Source of the DNA: Candidatus Binatia bacterium | GTDB taxonomy: Bacteria; Desulfobacterota; Binatia; Bin18 | Direction: 5' to 3' | Length of the DNA: 64,000 nucleotides | Assembly (NCBI GenBank): GCA_963664395.2 | Contig: OY761159.2 | Coordinates: forward strand, 4,224,001-4,288,000 | In this document: positions 44,917-55,556 of the stretch, one piece after another | How positions within the stretch are numbered: the stretch's first letter is position 1 | How the letters are laid out: every line of letters begins with the position of its first letter | Program-made: the position numbers and the translations under genes | The notes under the pieces: model-generated | What the model saw: the letters and a program-made list of their open reading frames with translations, nothing else | The model's database searches: none | Told to the model about the DNA's origin: nothing

Positions 44917-45333
44917 ATGACCGAACGAACACTCTCTATTGTGAAGCCTGACGCAGTCAAGAAGAATGTCATTGGTGAAATCCTACGCCGTTTTGAAGCG
45001 GCAGGGCTAAAAATTGTCACCACCAAAATGGTTTCTCTGAGCAAAGCCGAAGCCGAAGGCTTTTATGCGGTCCATAAGGAACGCCCCTTTTTTGGGAGCC
45101 TGACAGACTTTATATCCTCAGGTCCGGTTCTCGTATCCGTGCTTGAGGGTGAAGGGGCAATTCAAGCCCACCGAAAAATTATGGGCGCGACCAACCCTGA
45201 TGAGGCGGATGAGAGCACAATCCGGAAAGATTTTGCCACGAATATTGAACAGAACGCCGTGCATGGCTCCGATGCGCCTGAAACTGCCCGATGGGAGATC
45301 AGCTATTTCTTTAGTGGACTGGAACTCGTCTAA
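44917..45333 (+). CDS. ndk: Nucleoside diphosphate kinase
   Basis: [30 protein letters not shown]. Confidence 0.98.
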   Translation: MTERTLSIVKPDAVKKNVIGEILRRFEAAGLKIVTTKMVSLSKAEAEGFYAVHKERPFFGSLTDFISSGPVLVSVLEGEGAIQAHRKIMGATNPDEADESTIRKDFATNIEQNAVHGSDAPETARWEISYFFSGLELV

Positions 45334-45398
45334 GTCGTTTCGTCCGAGTCTTGTGCTCGACCCTTGAGCTACGCAGTGTGCGTGTCTGTCTGAGCGGT

Positions 45399-46427
45399 AT
45401 GGATCTCAAAAATTTCACCCAAGACGAGCTGGCCCATTGGCTGACTGCGCGCGGCCATAAATCTTTTCGTGCGCAGCAAATTTTGAAATGGGTGTATCAA
45501 CACCGGCTCACAGACGTGAGGCAGATGAGCAATGTCTCCCTGGCCCTGCGTGAAGAGCTGGCCCAACACTTTACCCTCGCGCGCTTGGATTGTAGCAAAC
45601 AAACCTCGGCGGCTGATGGGACGGAAAAATATCTGTTTACCCTTGCCGATGGACGCCGGATTGAGAGCGTTTTTATTCCAAGTGAGAACCGCCGGACGCT
45701 CTGCATCTCTTCTCAGGCTGGCTGTGGCATGGGCTGTCAATTTTGTGCAACCGCCCAGATACGGCCCGTGCGTAACCTCACCGCCGGGGAAATGGTCAGC
45801 CAAATCTGGGAAGTCCAGTACCGACGGCCACCGCACGAGGCGGTGACCAATGTCGTCTTTATGGGCATGGGCGAACCTTTGGCTAATTATGATCACGTAG
45901 TGAAGGCTGTGACCATTCTGACGTCAGCCTGGGGATTGAATTTCCCTCCCCGCCGAGTGACTGTTTCCACGGTTGGACTGGTCCCGCAAATGCAGCGTTT
46001 GTTGTCCGACACCAAAGCCAACTTGACTATATCCCTGACCGCAACGACGGATGCCGTGCGCGACAGGCTCATGCCGATTAACCGGCGCTATCCGTTGGCC
46101 ACGCTCTTGGGAGCCTGTCGGTCTCTCCCCAGAGCGCCGCGCAATCGGCTGACCTTTGCCTACACTTTGTTGAATGGTGTGAATGACGCTGAGGCCGACG
46201 CAAAACGCCTGGTGTTGCTTCTGCACGGCATCCGGGCCAAGGTCAATCTTATTCCGTTTAATCCTTTCCCTGGGACGCCGTTTTCCTCCTCGCCGCGGGA
46301 CCGGCTCGTGCGTTTTCGTCAAATCTTACTCGATCGGGGCATACATGCCAGCATCCGTGAAAGCCGCGGGCAAGATGTACAGGCAGCCTGTGGGCAACTT
46401 GCCGCGCCCCTGGAGCACGCGGCCTAG
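45399..46427 (+). CDS. rlmN: 23S rRNA (A2503-C2)/tRNA methyltransferase RlmN
   Basis: CISSQAGCGMGCQFC, MGMGEP, VNLIPFN, RGQDVQAACGQL. Confidence 0.95.
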   Translation: MDLKNFTQDELAHWLTARGHKSFRAQQILKWVYQHRLTDVRQMSNVSLALREELAQHFTLARLDCSKQTSAADGTEKYLFTLADGRRIESVFIPSENRRTLCISSQAGCGMGCQFCATAQIRPVRNLTAGEMVSQIWEVQYRRPPHEAVTNVVFMGMGEPLANYDHVVKAVTILTSAWGLNFPPRRVTVSTVGLVPQMQRLLSDTKANLTISLTATTDAVRDRLMPINRRYPLATLLGACRSLPRAPRNRLTFAYTLLNGVNDAEADAKRLVLLLHGIRAKVNLIPFNPFPGTPFSSSPRDRLVRFRQILLDRGIHASIRESRGQDVQAACGQLAAPLEHAA

Positions 46428-46441
46428 GAAAAGAGGGAGTC

Positions 46442-47302
46442 ATGATCACACTTGGTGTTATTGGCGGCAGCGGGCTGTACCAGATGGACGGACTTGAACA
46501 CGGCGAGTGGGTGAGCGTTGAGACTCCGTTTGGTGCTCCATCGGATGAATACTTCGTCGGCGAGTTAGACGGCATACGCGTGGTTTTCCTGCCTCGTCAT
46601 GGCCGCGGACATCGTCTCTTGCCCTCCGAGCTGAATTTCCGAGCCAATATCTATGGGATGAAAAAGCTGGGCGTTCGGCGCCTGATTGCCGTCAGTGCGG
46701 TGGGCAGTCTGAAGCAGGAGATTGCGCCCGGCCATATCGTCATCCCGGACCAATTCATCGACCGCACCCGTGGACGCATCGGTACCTTCTTTGGCCGCGG
46801 CATTGTCGCCCACGTCGCCTTTGCCGACCCGGTGTGTCCGCTCTTATCCCAGTCTTTGGTTGAGGCCAGCGCCGGTCTGGATATAGCCGTTCACCCCGGG
46901 GGAACGTATATCTGTATGGAAGGTCCGCAATTTTCCACGCGGGCCGAGTCTCTGCTGTATCGCAGCTGGGGCGCTGACATCATCGGCATGACGAATCTCC
47001 AGGAAGCCAAGCTGGCGCGTGAAGCCGAAATCTGTTTTGCCACCCTGGCCATGGCAACCGATTACGACTGCTGGAATACCGAGGCCGGCGATGTCGTGAT
47101 AGAAGAGGTACTGGCAATTCTCAATAAAAATGTTGCAACCTCCCAACGCATTGTGCGGGACACTACCCAGCGGCTGTCTCCTGAGCAGGTGTGCGGCTGC
47201 GAAACCGCGCTCACAAATGCGATCATCACCGAGCGGGCTATGATTCCAGAAACGGTGAAACACGAACTTGAGCCGATTATTGGGAAATACATTAGTGGAT
47301 GA
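46442..47302 (+). CDS. mtnP: S-methyl-5'-thioadenosine phosphorylase
   Basis: GVIGGSG, FLPRHG, EGPQFSTRAES, GMT, TDYDCW. Confidence 0.95.
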   Translation: MITLGVIGGSGLYQMDGLEHGEWVSVETPFGAPSDEYFVGELDGIRVVFLPRHGRGHRLLPSELNFRANIYGMKKLGVRRLIAVSAVGSLKQEIAPGHIVIPDQFIDRTRGRIGTFFGRGIVAHVAFADPVCPLLSQSLVEASAGLDIAVHPGGTYICMEGPQFSTRAESLLYRSWGADIIGMTNLQEAKLAREAEICFATLAMATDYDCWNTEAGDVVIEEVLAILNKNVATSQRIVRDTTQRLSPEQVCGCETALTNAIITERAMIPETVKHELEPIIGKYISG

Positions 47303-47318
47303 ACACAGAGAGGCTGGA

Positions 47319-48218
47319 ATGAGTATTGTCGTTGTCGGTTCGGTCGCCCTGGATTCTATTGAAACGCCGTCTGGTCGGGCTGACGAAGTCCTGGGTGGCT
47401 CGGCGGCCTATTTCGCGGTCGCGGCGAGCTATTTTACACCTGTGAATGTTGTTGCCGTTATTGGTGAAGACTTTCCCCAAGATGCCAGGGCACCCCTGAC
47501 CGCGCCGAATATTAACCTGGACGGATTAGAGGTCGGCGCGGGACGGACGTTTCGGTGGACTGGTCGCTATCACGAAAATCTCAACATCCGAGATACGCTC
47601 GATCTCCAAATGAATGTGGTTGCGGACTTTTCTCCGCAGCTGCCCGCACACTACCGCCGCACGCCCTTTGTGTTTCTTGGGAATATCGATCCCGGTTTGC
47701 AAAGTCAGGTTTTAGACCAAGTCGACGGACCCCGCTTGATTGGCTGCGACACGATTAGTCACTGGATTGAGCATGAGCGCGCTACGCTCGAAGCCGTGCT
47801 GAAACGTGTCGATGTGCTGATCATCAATGATGAAGAGGCGGGCATGCTCAGCGGCGAGTCCAATGTCGTGAAATCCGCGCGCAAGATTTTAGACATGGGG
47901 CCAAAGACGCTGCTCGTCAAGCGTGGTGAATATGGGGTCGTATTGTTCTCACCCCAGTCGGTTTTCGCCGTCCCTGCCTATCCCTTGGAAGAAGTGGTTG
48001 ACCCTACTGGGGCTGGCGATTCCTTTGCCGGCGGGTTTCTCGGCTATGTGGCCGAGTCGAATGATACGTCTGAGGCCGGACTGCGCAAAGCCATTGTCTA
48101 CGGCAGTGTGGTTGCCTCGTTTACTGTGGAAGATTTCAGCTTGCGGCGTTTGCGCGCTCTGAGCCGGGATGACATTGAACAGCGGTATCGCCAGTTCGTG
48201 AGTTTGACCGAATTCTAG
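47319..48218 (+). CDS. PfkB family carbohydrate/nucleoside kinase
   Basis: GSVALD, GGSAAY, VKRGEYG, DPTGAGDSFAGG. Confidence 0.92.
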   Translation: MSIVVVGSVALDSIETPSGRADEVLGGSAAYFAVAASYFTPVNVVAVIGEDFPQDARAPLTAPNINLDGLEVGAGRTFRWTGRYHENLNIRDTLDLQMNVVADFSPQLPAHYRRTPFVFLGNIDPGLQSQVLDQVDGPRLIGCDTISHWIEHERATLEAVLKRVDVLIINDEEAGMLSGESNVVKSARKILDMGPKTLLVKRGEYGVVLFSPQSVFAVPAYPLEEVVDPTGAGDSFAGGFLGYVAESNDTSEAGLRKAIVYGSVVASFTVEDFSLRRLRALSRDDIEQRYRQFVSLTEF

Positions 48219-48247
48219 ACGGTCAACGCTGAACCTCCATTCTTCTT

Positions 48248-49186
48248 ATGGACCTTTCCATCGTCATCCCAATCTATAATGAAGTCGATAATCTGCGTCC
48301 ACTGTGCCAGGGTGTCCATGCCGTATTGGCGCCTCTGGACTGGAGTTACGAACTCATCCTCATCGACGACGGAAGTCGGGACGGGAGTAGTGAACTGCTG
48401 GCTGAGCTGCACGCCGAAGACGATACGCTCAAGGTCCTCCGCTTTCGACGGAATTTCGGCCAGACGGCAGCGCTCGCTGCCGGGTTTGAATACGCCCATG
48501 GCGACGTGATTGTTTCGCTCGATGGCGATCTCCAGAATGATCCGGTTGATATTCCGCGTTTACTGGCAAAGCTGGACGAGGGGTATGACCTGGTGAACGG
48601 CTGGCGTATGAAGCGACAAGACCCATTTTTGTCCCGGCGTCTGCCGTCTCAGATCGCCAATAAGATTATTTCGTTAACAACCCGGGTCAAACTGCACGAT
48701 TATGGCTGTACGCTCAAGGCGTTTCGGCGCGACGTGGCAAAGGGCCTCAAGCTGTACGGAGAAATGCACCGCTTTATTCCAGCTCTCGCCGGGGACATGG
48801 GCGCGCGGATTGCCGAGCTTCCGGTCACCCATCATGCGCGCAAGCATGGAACATCAAAATACGGCTTAGCTCGGACGTTGTGGGTCGTACTGGATTTGCT
48901 CACAGTCAAATTCATGTCGAGCTATGCGACCCGCCCGAGTCATTTATTTGGCTTTCTCGGTCTGATTGCCGTACTCGTTGGAGGGGGAATAACGACCGTC
49001 CTGGGTATTCAACGCCTCCTGTTTGATGTGCAATTAGCAAATCGTCCAATTTTGCTCTTAGGAATTTTGCTGCTTGTCACCGGCGTCCAACTCCTGACGA
49101 CGGGCTTGATCGCCGAGCTGTTGTCCCGCACCTACCATGAGAGTCAAGAGAAGCCCGTCTACTGGATTAAAGACGTGTTAGAATAG
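48248..49186 (+). CDS. GT2 polyprenyl-phosphate glycosyltransferase (ArnC/GtrB-like)
   Basis: SIVIPIYNE, RRNFGQTAA, DGDLQNDP, YGEMHRFIP, two C-terminal TM helices. Confidence 0.9.
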   Translation: MDLSIVIPIYNEVDNLRPLCQGVHAVLAPLDWSYELILIDDGSRDGSSELLAELHAEDDTLKVLRFRRNFGQTAALAAGFEYAHGDVIVSLDGDLQNDPVDIPRLLAKLDEGYDLVNGWRMKRQDPFLSRRLPSQIANKIISLTTRVKLHDYGCTLKAFRRDVAKGLKLYGEMHRFIPALAGDMGARIAELPVTHHARKHGTSKYGLARTLWVVLDLLTVKFMSSYATRPSHLFGFLGLIAVLVGGGITTVLGIQRLLFDVQLANRPILLLGILLLVTGVQLLTTGLIAELLSRTYHESQEKPVYWIKDVLE

Positions 49187-49246
49187 ATACGGGTTGTCCC
49201 ATTTCCTCGCGTCGATACGCGAGCACGAGTTGTAAGGAGAAGAGTC

Positions 49247-50188
49247 ATCGCACGCATCTTAATCACCGGTGGGGCGGGGTTTATAGGCTCGCATCTATGT
49301 GAACGTTTTTTGGCCGACGGGGATGAAGTTCTATGTCTGGACAACCTCATTACGGGCGATATGGACAATGTGGCGCACCTGTTTGTCAATCCGCGCTTTT
49401 CCTTTGTCCATCAGGACGTGACGAACTATATTTACGTCAGCGGCCATATTGATGCGATTCTCCACTTTGCCTCGCCGGCGAGTCCGATTGATTACCTCGA
49501 ACTGCCAATTCAGACCCTGAAAGTGGGCTCGCTCGGCACACATAAAGGACTGGGGTTGGCCAGGGTGAAAGACGCCCGTTTCCTGCTCGCTTCTACCTCC
49601 GAGGTCTATGGTGATCCGCTCGTGCACCCTCAGCCAGAGGATTATTGGGGTAATGTGAATCCGATCGGCCCGCGGGGCGTCTATGACGAGGCAAAGCGGT
49701 TTGCCGAAGCCTTGACCATGGCCTACCATCGCAGCCATGGCGTGGCGACCCGTATTGTCCGTATTTTTAATACCTATGGTCCACGCATGCGCTTACGAGA
49801 TGGCCGGGTGGTGCCCAATTTTATTACCCAAGCGTTGCGGGGAGAAGAGTTGACGGTGTATGGGGACGGGAGTCAAACGCGGAGTTTTTGTTTTGTGGAT
49901 GATTTAGTCGAGGGGATCGTCCGCCTCCTGCGCTCGGATCGCACCCAACCAGTGAATCTGGGGAATCCGCATGAATTATCAGTTCGAGAATTTGCTGAGA
50001 CGATCATTCGGCTGATACGCAGTCCCAGTACGATCGCGTTTAAGCCCTTGCCGGTGGATGATCCGAAAGTCCGCCAACCTGATGTGAGTGTTGCCCGCCG
50101 GATATTGGAGTGGGAGCCCCGCGTCTCCCTCGAAGACGGACTCCGCAAAACAATTGCCTATTTCCAAGAAAAGCTGGCGGTTCATTAG
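49247..50188 (+). CDS. UDP-glucuronate decarboxylase (UXS-like SDR), probable non-canonical ATC start
   Basis: [14 protein letters not shown] lies upstream of the listed ORF; [33 protein letters not shown]; TAAGGAG 7 nt before ATC. Confidence 0.88.
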   Translation: MARILITGGAGFIGSHLCERFLADGDEVLCLDNLITGDMDNVAHLFVNPRFSFVHQDVTNYIYVSGHIDAILHFASPASPIDYLELPIQTLKVGSLGTHKGLGLARVKDARFLLASTSEVYGDPLVHPQPEDYWGNVNPIGPRGVYDEAKRFAEALTMAYHRSHGVATRIVRIFNTYGPRMRLRDGRVVPNFITQALRGEELTVYGDGSQTRSFCFVDDLVEGIVRLLRSDRTQPVNLGNPHELSVREFAETIIRLIRSPSTIAFKPLPVDDPKVRQPDVSVARRILEWEPRVSLEDGLRKTIAYFQEKLAVH

Positions 50189-50259
50189 ATTCCATCTCCA
50201 CATGGGAGAATGGGAGAGATGAGAAAGGCACAGTCGCCGAGCAGTGGAGGACGCAGCTC

Positions 50260-51174
50260 ATGAAGATAGTGGTAACCGGCGGGGCGGGCTTTATTGGCTC
50301 TCACGTGGCTGGGATCTATCTTGTAGCCGGCCATGAGGTCTGGATTGTCGACGACTTATCAACCGGCACACAGATCAACGTCCCTGCCGGCGCCCACTTC
50401 GTCCAAGCCGATATCGCGGATGAAGCGGTTCGGAGGCTGCTCGTTGACGAACAGATTGACGTGGTCAACCATCATGCCGCGCAAATGGATGTGCGTCGCT
50501 CGGTCGCTGACCCGCTGTTTGATGCCCGGGTGAACATTCTGGGACTGCTCAACATTCTTGAAGGGGCGCGGCAGGCCCGCTGTCGGCGCATTATCTTTGC
50601 GTCTTCCGGTGGGACGGTATACGGGGAACAAGAGGCATTTCCGGCAACCGAAGATCATGCCACCTGTCCGATTAGTCCGTATGGAGTCAGCAAGCTGGCG
50701 GGAGAGCGGTATCTGTATTTTTACCACAGGGAGTATGGCATCCCGTCGCTGATCCTGCGCTATGCGAACGTGTACGGACCGCGGCAAGATCCCCACGGCG
50801 AGGCTGGCGTAGTGGCCATTTTTGCCCAGCGCCTTCTGGCGGGAGAAACGATTACGATCAACGGCGACGGCAAGCAGACGCGAGACTATGTGTTTGTCGG
50901 CGACGTGGCCCAAGCCAACCTGGCCGCTTTGACTGCCGACTATACCGGCTCGATCAATATCGGCACGGGCATCGAGACGGAAGTGAATACCGTAGCCGAA
51001 CATTTACAGCGTATAACCGGCTCACGCGACCGTGCGCAGTACGCTGCGGCCAAGCCGGGCGAACAGCGGCGCAGTGCCTTGTCTTGGGATCGGGCCGCGG
51101 ACCTGCTGAACTGGAAACCGCTGGTACGGCTTGGTGACGGACTTGAGCAAACCGTTGCCTCCCTGCGAACATAA
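50260..51174 (+). CDS. NAD-dependent epimerase/dehydratase (UDP-glucose 4-epimerase-like)
   Basis: [48 protein letters not shown]. Confidence 0.92.
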   Translation: MKIVVTGGAGFIGSHVAGIYLVAGHEVWIVDDLSTGTQINVPAGAHFVQADIADEAVRRLLVDEQIDVVNHHAAQMDVRRSVADPLFDARVNILGLLNILEGARQARCRRIIFASSGGTVYGEQEAFPATEDHATCPISPYGVSKLAGERYLYFYHREYGIPSLILRYANVYGPRQDPHGEAGVVAIFAQRLLAGETITINGDGKQTRDYVFVGDVAQANLAALTADYTGSINIGTGIETEVNTVAEHLQRITGSRDRAQYAAAKPGEQRRSALSWDRAADLLNWKPLVRLGDGLEQTVASLRT

Positions 51175-51175
51175 T

Positions 51176-52996
51176 ATGAACATTGAGCGGATTCGAAACT
51201 TCAGCATTATCGCCCATATTGATCATGGAAAATCGACATTGGCCGACCAGCTCCTATCCCAGACGGGTTCAATTAGCGCGCGTGAAAGCGGCGCGCAGTT
51301 TCTGGACACCATGGACCTCGAGCAAGAGCGCGGCATTACGATTAAAGCCCGGACCGTACGCCTGCACTATCAGGCTCAGGACGGCGCTGAGTATTATCTG
51401 AATCTGATTGATACTCCCGGGCATGTCGATTTTTCCTATGAGGTTTCGCGCAGTCTGTCCGCCTGCGAAGGCGCCATCCTGGTCGTTGACGCGACCCAAG
51501 GGGTTGAGGCGCAGACGCTGGCAAATACCTATCTTGCGCTTGACCGCCAGCTTGAAATTTTCCCCGTTATTAATAAAATCGATCTTCCCAGTGCCGAACC
51601 TGAGCGTGTTCGGCAAGAGCTCGAAGACCTCATCGGACTGGACGGCAATGACGCGGTCTTAACCAGCGCAAAAGAGGGCAGAGGTATCCCTGAGGTGCTG
51701 GAGGGCATCCTGCGGCTCATGCCTCCTCCCCAGGGAGACCCGAGTGCGCCGGTCAAAGCCTTGCTTTTTGATAGTTGGTTTGATCCCTACCACGGGGCCG
51801 TTGTACTCGTCCGGGTGTTCGACGGGATTCTGAGTCCTGGGATGTCCATTCGGCTCATGTCGAGTGGCAAAGAATATGAAGTCGGGCAGGTCGGTGTTTT
51901 TGCTCCGCATGCACAAGCGGTCAAAGAACTCGGGCCGGGGGAAGTGGGCTTTCTCATGGCCGGCATTAAAGAGGTCAGCGAAGCCCGCATCGGTGACACG
52001 ATTACGGCAGCCAAACGTCCGGCTACGGTCATGTTGCCGGGCTTTAAGGCGGCTAAACCCATGGTCTTTAGCGGCTTGTATCCAGTCGAATCGAAGCAAT
52101 ACGAGGCGATGCGGGACGCGGTCGAAAAACTCCGTTTGAATGATGCCGCTTTTTCGTACGAAAAAGAAACCTCGCTGGCGCTCGGATTTGGTTTTCGCTG
52201 CGGTTTCTTGGGCCTGTTGCACATGGAGATCGTGCAGGAGCGTTTGGAACGAGAGTTTGGCCTTGACCTGATTACCACCACACCAACAGTTGAGTATCAA
52301 GTTCTGACGCTTGATGGAGAAATTTTGCACGTTGAGAATCCGTCCCTTCTCCCTCCGGTGCAGGAGATCGAGTATATAGAAGAGCCTTTTATCCTGGCGA
52401 GTATTCAGGTGCCCGAAGAATATGTCGGGAATGTGATGAAGCTCTGTCAGGAGCGACGAGGGGGACAACGCGAGATGAAATACCTGGGGGCCTCGCGCGT
52501 CGCCCTGGAGTATGAGTTGCCGCTCAATGAGGTTGTGATTGATTTCTATGACCGGATCAAATCGATCAGCCGCGGCTACGCCTCGTTTGATTATGAATTT
52601 CTGGATATGCGTCCGGCCAACTTGGTGAAGATTGATGTCCGAATTAATGGCGATGTCGTAGATGCCTTGTCCCTGATTGTCCACGCCGATCACGCCTATT
52701 CTCGTGGGCGTGATCTCGTACGAAAAATGCGCGCCCTCATCCCGCGTCAAATGTTTGAGGTGGCTATACAGGCAGCCATCGGAAGTCGGGTGATCGCCCG
52801 GGAAACGGTGAAGGCCTTACGCAAAAATGTCACCTCTAAGTGCTATGGCGGGGATATAACCCGTAAACGAAAGCTGCTAGAGAAACAAAAAGAAGGCAAA
52901 CGCCGGATGAAACAGGTTGGGCGGGTGGAAATTCCTCAAGAGGCATTCCTTGCGCTGCTTCAGGTGGGCGAGAGTGAGACGCAACGGCGAGGCTAG
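51176..52996 (+). CDS. lepA: Elongation factor 4 (LepA)
   Basis: [52 protein letters not shown]. Confidence 0.98.
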   Translation: MNIERIRNFSIIAHIDHGKSTLADQLLSQTGSISARESGAQFLDTMDLEQERGITIKARTVRLHYQAQDGAEYYLNLIDTPGHVDFSYEVSRSLSACEGAILVVDATQGVEAQTLANTYLALDRQLEIFPVINKIDLPSAEPERVRQELEDLIGLDGNDAVLTSAKEGRGIPEVLEGILRLMPPPQGDPSAPVKALLFDSWFDPYHGAVVLVRVFDGILSPGMSIRLMSSGKEYEVGQVGVFAPHAQAVKELGPGEVGFLMAGIKEVSEARIGDTITAAKRPATVMLPGFKAAKPMVFSGLYPVESKQYEAMRDAVEKLRLNDAAFSYEKETSLALGFGFRCGFLGLLHMEIVQERLEREFGLDLITTTPTVEYQVLTLDGEILHVENPSLLPPVQEIEYIEEPFILASIQVPEEYVGNVMKLCQERRGGQREMKYLGASRVALEYELPLNEVVIDFYDRIKSISRGYASFDYEFLDMRPANLVKIDVRINGDVVDALSLIVHADHAYSRGRDLVRKMRALIPRQMFEVAIQAAIGSRVIARETVKALRKNVTSKCYGGDITRKRKLLEKQKEGKRRMKQVGRVEIPQEAFLALLQVGESETQRRG

Positions 52997-53008
52997 GGAG
53001 TAGCGGAT

Positions 53009-53749
53009 ATGGCCAGAGGAAAAACATCGGCCCACGGCTCTACAGGACCTGCAGGCTCTGTCGGTCTGGCGGACCGGCGAACAGGCGGCGGAGTGCTGTC
53101 AACGCCGACCAGCCAAAAAAAGCAGAAATCGGTCGTTCGTGAATACACGGAAGCGCTTCTCGTCGCGCTATTGCTGGCGCTTTTTATTCGGAGTTTTATC
53201 GTTCAGGCGTTTAAAATTCCATCCGGCTCCATGCTGCCTACGCTCCAGATTGGGGATCATATTCTGGTCAGCAAGTTTGCCTACGGACTGCGCTTGCCCT
53301 ATCCATTTGAGACCCTGGTGTTCGAATGGGCCAGACCAGACCCTGGTGACGTGATTGTTTTTGTCTATCCAAAAGATGAAACCAAAGACTTTATTAAGCG
53401 GGTCGTGGCGGTCGCTGGTGACGAGGTGCAGATTCGCAATAAGCAGCTTTTTGTCAACGGCGTAGCGGATGAGAGTATATATGCCCATTTTGCCAATCCT
53501 GACCGTATTATTCCCGGTCCACGTGACAACTACCCGCCGCTTCTGCCTGACGGGTCTATTGAGCCTGTGGTCGTGCCGCAGGGAAAATTGTTTGTCATGG
53601 GAGATAACCGGGACCATAGCCACGACAGCCGCTTCTGGGGTTTTGTTGATGCGCACGACGTGAAAGGCAAGGCCTTTCTGATTTATTGGTCGTGGGACGG
53701 GCAGGACCGCTGGGTTCGTTGGGAGCGGCTCGGGGCGCTCATTTATTAG
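53009..53749 (+). CDS. lepB: Signal peptidase I
   Basis: FKIPSGSMLPTL, FIKRVV, MGDNRDHSHDSRFWG. Confidence 0.95.
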   Translation: MARGKTSAHGSTGPAGSVGLADRRTGGGVLSTPTSQKKQKSVVREYTEALLVALLLALFIRSFIVQAFKIPSGSMLPTLQIGDHILVSKFAYGLRLPYPFETLVFEWARPDPGDVIVFVYPKDETKDFIKRVVAVAGDEVQIRNKQLFVNGVADESIYAHFANPDRIIPGPRDNYPPLLPDGSIEPVVVPQGKLFVMGDNRDHSHDSRFWGFVDAHDVKGKAFLIYWSWDGQDRWVRWERLGALIY

Positions 53750-53779
53750 AACCAGTATGAGAACCAGTATGAGAACCAG
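53748..53779 (+). repeat. 12-bp tandem repeat, about 2.7 copies
   Basis: agaaccagtatg agaaccagtatg agaaccag. Confidence 0.85.
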
Positions 53780-53790
53780 GAGAAGTCAGA

Positions 53791-55524
53791 GTGCCAAGGC
53801 TCGAAGACATGTTGCTTGAGAGTGGCAAAGTCTCCCAGGACGACTTGCGCCGCATTCAGCTCGTGCAGCAGGAGCGAGGCGAGACGCTTGAGCGCTTACT
53901 GGTGGAGCTGGGATTCATGTCTGAGGACGACCTCCTACCGGTCCTGGCTGAATACTATCGGGCTCCACTTATTAGTGCGCGTGACTTTCCGCAGCAGCCG
54001 CCGCCCTTATCTGATATGAATCCTGGTTTCTTTCGCCAAGCGCGTGTCTGTCCCTTGGCTGTTCAGGATGGCGGACTGACCATTGCCATGGCCGACCCTG
54101 GCGATTTCTACGTTATTGAGGCGTTAGAGAAGGCGACGAAGCTTCAGCTTACACCCCGCCTGGCGCGTGAGCGCGATATCCTTGAAACGTTGAGCGCCTA
54201 TTATGCCGAGGGTGTAACCGATGGGCAGTCCGCCGGTCAGGACGTTGGCGAGGTAGAGTACCTGGAAGATGCGCAAGAAGACGAAGAGCATCTTCGAGAC
54301 CTCGCGAGCGAGGCGCCCGTCATTCGGCTCGTGAATATGCTCATTGCACGGGCTATGGAGCAGCGTGCGTCGGATATTCATATTGAGCCGTTTGAAAAAG
54401 AGCTCCGCGTGCGCTATCGCATTGACGGTATTTTGCATGACGTAGAAGCGCCACCGCGCAAACTGCAAGCTGCCCTTATCTCCCGGGTCAAGCTCATGGC
54501 CAAGCTCAATATTGCGGAACGCCGCCTGCCGCAAGATGGGCGGATCAAGCTGCGGATGTTGGGTCGTGAGGTGGACCTGCGTGTTTCAACCCTGCCGACC
54601 CTCTATGGCGAAAGCGTTGTGCTGCGTATCCTTGACCGCTCGAGCATTGACGTCAGCCTTGAATCGTTGGGCTTTCCCGTGGACACCTTGGCCGCGTTTG
54701 AAAACCTCATTTTTCAGCCGTACGGGATGATTTTGGTCACCGGCCCGACTGGCAGTGGCAAAACAACCACCCTGTATGGTGCCCTGGACAAAATTAACTC
54801 ACCTGAGAAAAAAATTATTACGATTGAAGATCCGGTTGAATACCAGCTCAACGGCGTCAACCAGATCCATGTCAAATCACAAATCGGGCTGACCTTTTCC
54901 GCCGGGCTGCGCTCCATTGTGCGGCAGGACCCGGACGTGATCATGATCGGTGAGATTCGTGATTACGAAACGGCTGAAATCGCCATCCAGTCCGCCCTGA
55001 CCGGCCACCTGGTCTTCTCGACCCTGCATACCAATGATGCTGCCGGCGCGGTATCACGTCTCCTGGAAATGGGAGTGGAAGATTATTTACTGGCTTCGTC
55101 CCTGCTTGGGGTGATGGCCCAGCGGTTGGTGAGACACCTCTGTCCAACGTGTCGCCGTCCGGTCGAAGGTGGGGCCTCGCTCCCTCACCTAGAGCTCCAA
55201 ACGAATGGTCATAGGCCTGAACCCGTGATCTCGTATGAAGCCGGAGAATGCGAAGCATGCGCAATGACCGGCTACCGAGGCCGCAAGGGGATTTTCGAAC
55301 TCCTGCCAGTTGACGAAGGCTTACGCCAACTCATTCTGAAGCGCTCATCAGCCGACATGCTGAAGGGCCACGCAGTCGGGAAGGGGATGCGCACGCTCCG
55401 GGATGACGGCTGGCGCAAAGTCCGCGAAGGCGTCACCACGGTGTCTGAAGTGATGCGTGTCACACAAGACGAACAGTCTTCTTCCGAGGAGTATGGGTCT
55501 GATGTCAGAGGGGCGGCTGCCTGA
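53791..55524 (+). CDS. gspE: Type II secretion ATPase GspE (GspE/PilB family)
   Basis: ASDIHIEP, AERRLPQDGR, GPTGSGKTTT, RQDPDVIMIGEIRD, CxxC...CxxC. Confidence 0.88.
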   Translation: MPRLEDMLLESGKVSQDDLRRIQLVQQERGETLERLLVELGFMSEDDLLPVLAEYYRAPLISARDFPQQPPPLSDMNPGFFRQARVCPLAVQDGGLTIAMADPGDFYVIEALEKATKLQLTPRLARERDILETLSAYYAEGVTDGQSAGQDVGEVEYLEDAQEDEEHLRDLASEAPVIRLVNMLIARAMEQRASDIHIEPFEKELRVRYRIDGILHDVEAPPRKLQAALISRVKLMAKLNIAERRLPQDGRIKLRMLGREVDLRVSTLPTLYGESVVLRILDRSSIDVSLESLGFPVDTLAAFENLIFQPYGMILVTGPTGSGKTTTLYGALDKINSPEKKIITIEDPVEYQLNGVNQIHVKSQIGLTFSAGLRSIVRQDPDVIMIGEIRDYETAEIAIQSALTGHLVFSTLHTNDAAGAVSRLLEMGVEDYLLASSLLGVMAQRLVRHLCPTCRRPVEGGASLPHLELQTNGHRPEPVISYEAGECEACAMTGYRGRKGIFELLPVDEGLRQLILKRSSADMLKGHAVGKGMRTLRDDGWRKVREGVTTVSEVMRVTQDEQSSSEEYGSDVRGAAA

Positions 55525-55556
55525 CCGGTCCGGCTGAGTCCGGTCGGAAGCGCCTA

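Noticed and set aside
49184-49223. Pyrrolysine/PYLIS-type recoding at the GT2 TAG
   Set aside because: No pyl genes in the window, many genes here end in ordinary TAG, and a strong RBS before ATC gives a simpler explanation
51659-52750. 363-aa antisense ORF within lepA (similar shadows over gshB, frmA, tsf, rho)
   Set aside because: Fully overlaps conserved housekeeping genes; typical of GC-rich DNA
53748-53779. Short repeats as a possible CRISPR remnant
   Set aside because: 12-bp units without spacers and no cas genes in the window
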